In this document: one piece after another, positions 1-10,087 of the stretch | Numbering within the stretch: the stretch's first letter is position 1 | Layout: each line of letters starts with the position of its first letter | NCBI GenBank assembly: GCA_011109175.1 | Contig: RDEW01000001.1 | Span: 1,130,360 to 1,194,359 of the forward strand | Source: Dicyema japonicum | Taxonomy: Eukaryota; Animalia; Dicyemida | Direction: 5' to 3' | Length of the DNA: 64,000 bases | Notes under the pieces: generated by a model | Database searches by the model: none | What the model saw: the letters and a program-made list of their open reading frames with translations, nothing else | What the model was told of the DNA's origin: nothing | Program-made: the position numbers and the translations under genes

Positions 1-159
1 ATATACTAACCCATAATTCAATACAGCATGAATGAAAACATCCTCGTCTGTATCGTTCCTTTCCGCGAAACCAAAACATCTTCGGCAATTAAACCATTTA
101 ACACGCCCCTGGATCTTTGATGTTGCAGGCTCTGCTCGCTCAACTGGCGCTATATCTGA
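1..159 (-). pseudogene. Duplicate Y-box/cold-shock-domain gene, 5' part (runs off the window start); start codon deleted
   Basis: Near-identical to 8321-8480 ([29 protein letters not shown]) but lacks the 14 nt CATGATCAACTAGA that contain the ATG in the other copy. Confidence 0.75.
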
Positions 160-177
160 TAACAACTGACACGTTAT

Positions 178-295
178 ATTTTAATAATAATAACAGCCTT
201 TTTCACGGAGCCGTGGTATTAGCTCCGCATAGGCAGGACACACTTTATTTAAGTAAAGAACAGTTAATTTTAACTAATCGTAGAACCAAATCTTT
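178..295 (-). mobile_element. 3' tail of tRNA-derived SINE (5'-truncated); second copy about 8514-8632
   Basis: Reverse complement matches 6338-6440 (GGTTCTACGATTAGTTAAAATTAACTG...CCTGCCTATGCGGAG...GAAAAAGGC) and ends in (TTA)n. Confidence 0.8.
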
Positions 296-364
296 TTCAA
301 TAATTTTATTAAAAATCAAAATTTCAAACTAAAAAATTTACCTAAAAAAACGGACGGTCGAAAG

Positions 365-1500
365 ACTCACCAGCTTTGTAAAGACCAATAGCGCTCTTGT
401 GTGCCATGGATAAACTCATTCTCAATCAGATTAAACCTTACCTCCCAGACGTATCCTTCCAACATGGATTTAAGAAGGCTCGTTCGACAACTACCCACCT
501 TACCTGCCTGACAAAATTCATCAAGGAAGGCCTTCAACGCAAACCTCGGCATCAAAAGACCACTATGTGTTCCATTGAAATACAGAAGGCTTTTTATTCG
601 ATTCTGAAAAAACTGCTCACTAGGAAGATTTATGGCTCTAACATTCAGAACAACTTGAAAATTTGGCTTGCAAACTTCCTCAACAGACGAGAAAAAATCT
701 CCCATTCCAAATCTTCAATCACTAAATTTCTACCGAACGGGGTCCCGCAAGGATACCTCTTTCTCCCATTTATTCAACCTATTCATGAGCGACATGACTT
801 CTTACAGCTGCGACGATTATTTATTCCTTGCTTACACCAACGACTTAATCCTGGGGACAAGAGACCAGTGCATCCACACAGCGAGTACCCATTACAAGAT
901 TCATAGATAACCTAAACTGTTGGCTTACAAGAAACCAACTACACACAAGTCCTCAATAGTCGTGCTCTATGATCTTCACTTTCAATAGAAGATTGACTAA
1001 CTCGGCGCCTCCATTGACCCTAAATGGAATAACAATCCCCTCCACAAATTCAACCAAAAACTGGGGGTCACATATGACCTACTAATGACCTTCAGCAAAC
1101 ATGCGAGCGACATAATCACCTCTTCTCAGAGAAAATTAAACTTTGTAAAAACGCTACTTGGATACTAAAAGAGATGGTTCCACCCAATAGTAGATCATCT
1201 CTACTACCAATTCATACTTCCGTCAATCAGTTACTGCTGTGCGGGTGGGGAACTAACATATCCCACACCAACCTAAAGAAATTAAACTCCTTCCAAGAGA
1301 CAGTAGCGAAAACCTTACAAAGATCCTCCTCGTCATTAAAACCAACTCCGTTCGAGGAACTAGGAGCTCAGCCAAAACCCCTAAACTTCCGAAAAGTGAT
1401 TCGTCCATACAGGAAGTGTGGACCTGGGGGTCCTTGGATCACCTGACGGCCTTTACCTTCCTTTGTTTTGTCGGAGTTTCTTAGTTTTTAAATTAAAATT
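365..1500 (+). mobile_element. 5'-truncated Ingi/Vingi-like LINE, decayed RT and 3' end
   Basis: QHGFKKARST, DIQKAF-like, PNGVPQG, AYTND (YADD) and KILGVTYD motifs across frameshifts. Confidence 0.8.
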
Positions 1501-1567
1501 AAAAAAAAGTACCCAGATGTTTCAAATTCCTAAATTGACCAAAAATAGTTCAGGAACAATTTAATGC

Positions 1568-4335
1568 AACGTGTCGTCATGTGGTCAATCTTTTATGGTG
1601 GCGCCGAGTGCTTCTATGGCCAAAAAACAACCTGCACTTTTCCCCCATCTGGAGTCATCTCCAGATGACAACCCTGCTGCCTCAGTCTCCTCTGGATAAA
1701 AGACCTAGCCTTACTACTTGCCGGCGAAGTGGAGCAAAACCCAGGACCGCAACTAACGATTCTACAGCTTAACATCAATGGAATCAGAGGAAAAATTCTT
1801 AAATTACAAGCTTTTCTAAATAGACAAAATGTAAATGTGGCAGCAATTCAAGAGACCAGATTGACGCCTACCTCAACTATTCCTTCCTTCCCTGAATACA
1901 ACTGCATTCATTTGGACCGGTTGAACTTGAAAGGCGGAGGCCTCATGTTCATCACTAAAAATAGGTTACTATATACTGACAGCACAGATGACCTCAAGTC
2001 TTTGCCCCAAGATGATGTTACAGAAATAACAGGTATCTCGATTCCCACTGTCATTGGAAAAGTCAACACTACTAATATTTATGTTCCACCTTCTCTTTCC
2101 TGCCCGAAAGACATAACCCAGACCTCTCGAAGTTAAACAACCTAAGGAACCTGATTATTTGTGGAGATTTAAATGGCAAACACCCAACTTGGCTAAAATC
2201 ACAACGGGCTGACTCTAGAGGGTGGTCCCTACTTGAACAACTCTTGCCAATATCGATCCTCAACAATCCGAAGACCCATACGAGGACGCCCTACAAGGAA
2301 AATGAATGTTATACCTCTCCGGGCCTTACACTTTGCACTACTAACCTAACTTCAATTATTCCATGGTCTGTCGACTATGACCTCAACTCCGATCACAACC
2401 CGATCATCATCGGAATCAAGAAAAGCCTTTCCTCCCATGAAGAAAACTACGTCATTCTTCAACTATAAGAACGCACTGGAGAGATTATACAACCTTCACA
2501 GACATAATGCTACAAAACTCCGACACCAATTTATTCAAATCTATTGATGGAGCTGTGAAAAACATGAATAACGTTATCTTACTGGGAAGAAAATTATTTA
2601 TTCCAAGATGTTCCTTCAGGGGGTACGACGATAAACTAGATCGAGAAACTAGAGCCCTTATCAAAGAAAGGAATCAGCTTAAAAGAAATCTTCCACCTTT
2701 CCCCGGGAGAAGACGCCAAATCAAGAGCCTCAACGACGCAGTCGCACAGCTGTTGAAATCATCTCAAAGGAATGAGGTCTTTGCAAGCATAAATCCACCC
2801 AATACATCGGAATCAGCCACAAGAAATCCTTGAAAACAGCCCTTCCTTTACGACCACGAAGCCAAAAAGGTCTTCTTCATTATATTGCTTATCACATTCT
2901 GATATTTGGACTAAAATCAAAAATACAAAATCTTCCCTCTCCTGTGGTTCTGATTTGATTCCGGCTATTCTGCTCAAACATCTTGGCCCAATTGGAATAG
3001 AAGCGCTCCGGAACATCTTTAACTTTTTAATAAACCATAACCAAATTCCAGACATTTGGAAACAGTCTAACATACGCCAATTCTCAAGCCGGGAAGGCCG
3101 AAGACCGCTCTTCGTACAGACCCATTGCACTATTATGCTCATCCTCGAAGCTCCTGGAAAAACTCGTTCTACGCATCATTTACCCTGCCCTCCACCTTGC
3201 ACATCTCCAACTAGGTTTCAGGATAGGCCGGTCTACATCAACACACCTCACCTCATTGAACCAGTTCATTATTGAAAGGTTTTCTGCAAAACCACATCTA
3301 AAATCTGTCTTATGCTCTCTCGACTTACAAAAGTCCTTCGATTCTGTATCCAGAAAAATCCTTACTCAAAAAATATTTAAACTATCCATTAACTCGAACA
3401 TAAAATTATGGCCTTCAAATTTTCTCAGCGGAAGGAGAGGGCGTTTATGCTTGGATGGAATTCGATCAGTCTCAAGATTACTTCCAAATGGAGTTCTTTA
3501 AGGCTCCCCCTGTCTCCTGCCCTATTAAACTTATACTTTTCCGGCATTCCCAACCCAGTTATGGAAGACTCGATAATTCTCGCTTATGCTGATGACCTAC
3601 TCATTATTTCACGTGATCAAGACCTCACGAATGCTTTAAAAAAGTACAAGAACTCTTGTTACAAAATCAAACTTGGCAACACCAAAACCGGATGAACATA
3701 TCTCTTGGAAAATCCTCCACCACTCTATTTACCTCGGACAAAAGGCTTGGAAGATTCCTGGACAACGAAAAAATCCCTTTTACGAAGAACCCTATAATTC
3801 TGGGGGTCACTTATGATACCCACATTAAGAAGACCATTGGAACTTGTCAGAGGAAAATTGGTTTAATCAAAACCATATTTGATGGAATAAAAAAGTCATT
3901 CCCTGCTCTCGGTATTCTCTATAAGCAATTCATCGAGCCGACTATCATTATACCTGTGCATTATGGGGAATTAATCTCTCGTGGACTGACCGTCTTTAAG
4001 TTGATAACACCCTATGTTGAGCTGCGACTACCATAATGCACATCGCAAAGCTGAACAATATTCTACCCAGTCCCTTTGACCACTTATCATGCAAAACGGC
4101 AAGAGTTTCTTAACCCTTCAGCAGGACCTGTCGTCGACAGACTGTCATGTGTCAAGCAGTTTCCAGAAGCACATCACATCAGTTGGTCTTTTCACAAACA
4201 CTGTCCCCCACCCGTACCGTGACTGTGTCGGATCAGAAGTCCAACATCGTGAGAAGCTGAGAAAGCTCATCAGGATTGTCGGGATCACCTAATTAATTTC
4301 AAGAGACTAACTATTGGTGTTTTTGGGTTAATAAT
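1568..4335 (+). mobile_element. Near full-length decayed Ingi/Vingi-like LINE (5' pseudoknot, 2A-like peptide, APE endonuclease, RT)
   Basis: LLLAGEVEQNPGP, ILQLNINGI, AAIQET, SDHNPI, LDLQKSFDSV, AYADDL; C-terminal GIT-stop and (TAA)n tail. Confidence 0.85.
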
Positions 4336-4394
4336 AAGGCGTGAACTGATATTGATTGGAGTGAGGTTAAATTTATGATAAAATTATTCCAAAA

Positions 4395-4620
4395 TAAATA
4401 ATTCCAAAGATCAATGGTAAAACCGAACTAACTAATCCCGTGTTGCTCACGCGTAGAGCTCTTATCTACACAGTGATTGGACATTGTCCGTGAACCTGAT
4501 GTCGAAGCGAAATAGTCTCCCGTGGAATAAAGAAATGAATTTAGGCCAAGCATGTGTTGGGTGGATCAGATGACGTCATTAGAAGTGAGAGAGATCTTCA
4601 ATCAACTAGGGCAATAAATG
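4395..4620 (-). mobile_element. Non-autonomous Ingi-derived SINE (subfamily B); copies at 12357-12582, 7805-7945 (3' part) and 24525-24780
   Basis: Head GATTGAAGAT..GACGTCATCTGATCCACC; tail GGGATTAGTTAGTTCGGTTTTACCATTGATCTTTGG resembles the LINE tail at 21900-21950. Confidence 0.7.
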
Positions 4621-4672
4621 ACAAATAAATTAAGGAATTAAGCATTTTAGTACCCAAGGAAGGTTAGAATGA

Positions 4673-5554
4673 TTAATATTTAACATCAGGATAACTTCTT
4701 TCCAGTGCCTCAAAGAACTCATTCAAATGATCTCTGCTAACTGTCTCAACACACAATTAATCTGAAAATTGATATTTAAATACTCTAGTTCTGAAAATAT
4801 CATCCTTAATCCAAGCTCTCTCGTGAAGAATGTCCCTTATACTGTCCATCAAATATTTAAAAAGTACCTGGCACCATACCTGGCAATAAATTTACAAAGT
4901 TCAGATAATCCTCCAACTCTGTCACTCACTGTAAGAGAAAATTTAGCAAGTCTTCCGTCAATTGCCATACCTCTGTCAATACAGCGACCCACAACTGATG
5001 GATCAATGTTTCCACCACAAATGGGGATGACGACACTAATTATTTCTATATATTACTTTTTCCCCTTTAATTCAGGAACCAGACCTTCACAAAGGGCTGC
5101 TAATCCAATCGCTCCTCCGCCTTCCACAACAAATTTTTCATTTTCTAGCAATTTAAGAATCGCAAGGGAAATATTTTCTTCACTAAGATTTTTAATAATT
5201 AGAATATACGATACACAGAGACTTTTATCCACAAGTTGTGATGCAATCTTGTATGAGTTTGCTCCAACTTTTGGAACTGCAAGCCCTGATTTGAATTGTA
5301 AAAATCAACCATCAGCTAAGGTGGACTTTGATTTTACGTAAACTGGTTCCCCGTGTTTCAACGCCTCCCTGAAACTCGGACATTTAATCGATTCAACTCC
5401 CTATATCATATCAAAAGCTAACGTAAATCAATACGTCTGGTTTTAATGCTTTGATACTACTGGCGATTCCAGCTATTAAACCGGCACCTCCTACGGGAAC
5501 CAGCACAGCATCAAGATCTGGGACCTGCTCCATTATTTCGACCCCCATTGTGCT
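4673..5554 (-). pseudogene. 5'-truncated duplicate of the threonine dehydratase gene
   Basis: Nearly identical to 12634-13516; begins at STMGVEIMEQ, so it lacks the PLP-lysine exons; 1-nt deletion near 4750. Confidence 0.85.
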
Positions 5555-5879
5555 GAAAGTGATTCAAGAAAATAGCAGAGACTTAGCAAAGCTAGAATAA
5601 TTTTACAATATAAATTTCTCATTTTTTCTAATAAAAACAGTTATTATTATTTTGATCATTTATAACATCATTAGATTTAGGAGTTCTTGAGCTTTCAGCT
5701 TTGCACTATAGTTAGGAAATTTTAAGAATATATATTAGAGTTATACAACGAACAGAACGCAAGAAAACTAACAATTTGACGAGACACAGCTGTAATACAC
5801 AATTTGAATTGAAATAACAAAATCACCAATGTAACTAAGAGAAAAAGTATCCATTAACTCAGGAGTGTCGAGCTCATTT

Positions 5880-6040
5880 TTTGAGGGCCGCATTGACAAG
5901 CTGATAGTCGGCTCGATATACTGGTTGTAGAGATGCTCCAATGCCGAGTTGTAAGATCTTCTGTAATGTCCAAGGAGGACCTTCACAAAGTTTCTTTGGG
6001 AAGACGATAGCATGTATTTAATGCGTCCAGAAAATCATCA
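5880..6040 (-). mobile_element. Ingi-like LINE fragment
   Basis: SQRNFVKVLLG...LYNQYIEPTISL resembles the post-RT region of the other copies. Confidence 0.55.
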
Positions 6041-6129
6041 GGAAAAGTCATTTAGTGACGTTTTTCTGTTTAGTAGAAATTTTAATTCAATAAAATTTAT
6101 ATTATCATAATTAAAATGGGTTAGGGTTA

Positions 6130-6450
6130 GGGTTGCTTAGTGGTTAGGTGTCGGGCTTAAGTGGCTTAGGCTACGGGTTCGAATCTCGCTGCTGTTTCAC
6201 CTGGTGGAAGGTTCCACGCATCTACGATGCAGAAAGGGTTTGACGAGTGACGCCGTCATCAGTGGATACCCACCGCGGAACTGGATTGTCTAGAAAGGAC
6301 ACACACACAAGAAAAAGAAAAAAAGAAGTGAAGAGCTTGGTTCTACGATTAGTTAAAATTAACTGTTCTTTACTTAAATAATAGTGTGTGTCCTGCCTAT
6401 GCGGAGTTATAAAATACTATGGCTCTAGTGAAAAAGGCTTTAAAAAAATT
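6130..6450 (+). mobile_element. tRNA-derived SINE, full length
   Basis: Box A-like TTGCTTAGTGG, box B GGGTTCGAATCTC, structured core, 3' stem-loop; diverged sister copy at 40772-41105. Confidence 0.75.
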
Positions 6451-6639
6451 AAAATGATGTAAATTATAATTTGCTAATGTTGTAGATAATTTGACTAATT
6501 TAAAGCAAACTTGGTTTAGATATAAAACTTCATTTTTTAAAAGATTAAAGGTTCAATCATTAGTACGCGCCGTTTGCCATTTTGTCAATTGGCTTTTTAT
6601 ATCGGTATATTTAAAATCGATATTTAACGGCTCGTATTC

Positions 6640-7790
6640 AACCGTATCCTTCGTGGCCTCCAATGTGCTCATACATGCCAATTGAGTCCCAACTCTTCTG
6701 GCAAGCGAAGTTTCGACGGAAATTCCTATCCCAACTCTCCTCACAACTTGCTAACTCTATCAAGCTCCAAGTCCAAGGTATACCCGGTTGCGTTATGTGG
6801 GACTGCTTGGACCGAGCGACTGCAGCTCGCAAGGGATGAAAAGTAGGCAGGCAGGGGGCCTCAAGGGGGATTTAACCCAATGCCCCATTTCTCAAAGGTA
6901 GTTTGCACATTGTCCAGCCCAGATCATCGAATTTGACATTCAGAATTGACTACGCCGATCGTCTCAGAGTCCTATCAGCCGATAATACTGCTCTCCGGTG
7001 TTCAAAACATGGTGAACATCTCAAACTTACTGGTAAGGCAGTTTTCCAATTCGTCGTTTCCGAGAGGGCAGCCGTGGAAGTGTGCCTTGTCCAAGGAGGA
7101 TATGCTGAAACCTGGAAGTAGGGATCCAAATTCCTGGCAGGCAGTAGAAAAGCTTGGAGATGCGCAAAAAATATTGATCAGTTAACATTGACACATAGAC
7201 CCAATTGGTTTAGAGCTGGAATGGTTGAAGAAATATCCTGATATACATTCTACCATGGGCCAGCTATTGTGGCGTCGTCCGAGTACCACAGATTGAGTTC
7301 GCTGTTTATGTTTCGTGCCACTGTATCAATTGTCATTGCAAAAAGCAAAGGCCCTAGAGGGTCTCCCTGATGAACGCCTGTGCGTGAATAAACGATATGA
7401 TATGTGTACTAATCTCTGGAGCTCTTCTCCAACAGGTTCAATTTGTCCAGAATAAGAGGGATGACTGAATTCAGCGGGGTCAGCATCCATACAGTTACGC
7501 AGTCCCATTTGTAAAAAGATCTTGACATTCGACACACCCGAGGTGGAAAAATCTTCCGCAAAATGTGCAATTCAACCCTTATTTCCACGCGTTGCAATAT
7601 CCACAAGACACAAACTGCTCTTTCAATCTCGCAGGTAAAAGTAGTATTTTTTTCGAATGTAACGTGATCCATAGATGGACAGTGAACAGAATCAGACTTG
7701 GCCTGTTTAGTTTTTTGCATGTTCTTTTCTGATTTTCGGTTCTTTTTCTCTTCTTTCTTAGCACCACAACGATCACAAGTAAATATTTTG
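6640..7790 (-). mobile_element. Decayed CRE-type (RLE) non-LTR retrotransposon with PHD finger and RT
   Basis: CGYC..CTFCGRFFHLGC..WDC; TGVHQGDPLGPLLFAMTI; LNLWYSDDATIAG. Confidence 0.75.
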
Positions 7791-7954
7791 AAAAAAATTC
7801 CCAAAAATTAATAGTAAAACCGAACTAACTAATCCCGTGATGTCCACATGTAGAGCTCTTATCCATACACAATGATTGAACATTGTCCGCGAACCTGATG
7901 TTGAAGCGAAATAGTCTCTCATGGAATAAAAAAATGAATTTAAGCTAATCCAAA

Positions 7955-8483
7955 TTATATAATTTTTTTAAAGATAAAAAGCAATCGTAGGAATTTGAAT
8001 AGCCATGCTGTTTCCTCTGACGATTTCTCTCGAAGTACCCCTTCCGTCATTTCTATAAAGTCTCCTGTCATTCCTTCTGGGACGAACTGCATATTATCGT
8101 ATCTCTACCAAAAATAAACAATCAAACATCTCTATCATCACGTCCTCTATTTCCTTGGTAGTAATTCTGGGAGAACCTGGAACCATTAAGTTGTGAATCA
8201 TTGGGTCCGGTAATGTTTATTGCCTCAATTCCCTTCTCAGTTTGTCTGACATCAAACTCTATCGCCTCTTCTTCTTCAACGCTATAGGACCCATTCTTGG
8301 CCTCTCGCGAAATGGAAGTCTATATACTAACCCATAATTCAATACAGCATGAATAAAAACATCCTCGTCTGTATCGTTCCTCTCCGCGAAACCAAAACAT
8401 CTTCGGCAATTAAACCATTTAACACGCCCCTGGATCTTTGATGTTGCAGGCTCTGCTCGCTCAACTGGCGCTATATCTGACAT
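7955..8483 (-). CDS. YBX: Y-box binding / cold-shock domain protein (introns of 26 and 23 nt; C-terminal frame uncertain)
   Basis: Spliced: [46 protein letters not shown]|[39 protein letters not shown]; Arg-rich tail needs a 1-nt shift near 8093. Confidence 0.85.
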
Positions 8484-8702
8484 GATCAACTAGATAACAA
8501 CTGACACGTTATATTTTAATAATAATAACAGCCTTTTTCACGGAGCCGTGGTATTAGCTCCGCATAGGCAGGACACACACTTTATTTAAGTAAAGAACAG
8601 TTAATTTTAACTAATCGTAGAACCAAATCTTTTTCAATAATTTTATTAAAAATCAAAATTTCAAACTAAAAAATTTACCTAAAAAAACGGACGGTCGAAA
8701 GA

Positions 8703-9845
8703 CTCATCAGCTTTGTAAAGACCAATAGCGCTCTTGTGTGCCATGGATAAACTCATTCTCAATCAGATTAAACCTTACCTCCCAGACGTATCCTTCCAAC
8801 ATGGATTTAAGAAGGCTCGTTCGACAACTACCCACCTTACCTGCCTGACAAAATTCATCAAGGAAGGCCTTCAACGCAAACCTCGGCATCAAAAGACCAC
8901 TATGTGTTCCATTGAAATACAGAAGGCTTTTTACTCGATTCTGAAGAAACTGCTCACTAGGAAGATTTATGGCTCTAACATTCAGAACAACTTGAAAATT
9001 TGGCTCGTAAACTTCCTCAACAGACGAAGAGGAATAATCTCCCATTCCACATCCTCAATCACTAAATTTCTACCGAACGGGGTCCCGCAAGGATACTCCT
9101 CTCTCCCATTCTACTCAACCTATTCATGAGCGACATACTTTCTTACAGCTGCGACGATACCTTATTCCTTGCTTACACCGACGACTTAATTCTGGGGACA
9201 AGAGACAAGTGCATCCACACAGCGGGTACCCATTACAAGATTCACTAGATAACCTAAACTGTTGGCTTACAAGAAACCAACTACACACAAGTCCTCAAAA
9301 GTCGTGCTCTATGATCTTCACTTCCAATAGAAGATTGACTAACTCGGCGCCTCCATTGACCCTAAATGGAATAACAATCCCCTCCACAAATTCAACCAAA
9401 ATACTGGGGGTTACATATGACCTACTAATGACCTTCAGCAAACATGCGAGCGACATAATCACCTCTTCCCAGAGAAAATTAAACTTTGTAAAAACACTAC
9501 TTGGATACTAAAAGAGATGGTTCCACCCAATAGTAGATCATCTCTACTACCAATTCATACTTCCGTCAATCAGTTACTGCTGTGCGGGTGGGGAACTAAC
9601 ATATCCCACACCAACCTAAAGAAATTAAACTCCTTCCAAGAGACAGTAGCGAAAACCTTACAAAGATCCTCCTCGTCATTAAAACCAACTCCGTTCGAGG
9701 AACTAGGAGCTCAGCCAAAACCCCTAAACTTCCGAAAAGTGATTCGTCCATACAGGAAGTGTGGACCTGGGACCTTGGATCACCTGACGGCCTTTACCTT
9801 CCTTTGTTTTGTCGGAGATCTTAGTTTTTAAATTAAAATTAAAAA
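8703..9845 (+). mobile_element. 5'-truncated Ingi/Vingi-like LINE (duplicate of 365-1500)
   Basis: Same RT motifs; AYTDDL. Confidence 0.8.
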
Positions 9846-9910
9846 AAGTACCCAGATGTTTCAAATTCCAAATTGACCAAAAATAGTTCAGGAACAATTT
9901 AATCCAACGT

Positions 9911-9970
9911 GGCGTCATGTGGTCCACCTTTTATGGTGGAGCCGAGTGCTTCTATGGACAAAAAAGGACC
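9911..9970 (+). ncRNA. Candidate HDV-like ribozyme / nested pseudoknot at LINE 5' end
   Basis: P1 GGCGTC/GGAGCC, P2 GGTCC/GGACC, P3 ACC/GGT, C plus A-rich J4/2; covaries with other copies. Confidence 0.55.
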
Positions 9971-10048
9971 TGCACTTTTCCCCCATCTGGAGTCATCTTC
10001 AGACGACAACCCTGCTGCCTCAGCCTCCTCTGGACAAAAGACCTAACC

Positions 10049-10087
10049 TTACTACTTGCCGGCGACGTGGAGCAAAACCCAGGACCG
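10049..10087 (+). other. 2A-like StopGo (ribosome skipping) peptide LLLAGDVEQNPGP
   Basis: Exact D(V/I)ExNPGP consensus directly before the APE domain; variants at 1711-1749 and 14740-14772. Confidence 0.9.

Larger units (their letters stand above)
1..5554. repeat. Tandem segmental duplication, copy 1 (copy 2 about 8321-13516)
   Basis: Colinear identity of Y-box 5' end, SINE tail, two LINEs, a SINE and the 3' part of the threonine dehydratase gene; match ends at ...CCCCCATTGTGCT. Confidence 0.95.

Noticed and set aside
6130-6200. tRNA gene (also 40772-40840)
   Set aside because: A and B boxes are present but there is no acceptor stem or cloverleaf; it continues into a SINE body
6225-6270. 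Hammerhead ribozyme on the minus strand (CTGATGA plus stem)
   Set aside because: GAAA core is missing in both copies; the sense-strand fold explains the stems better
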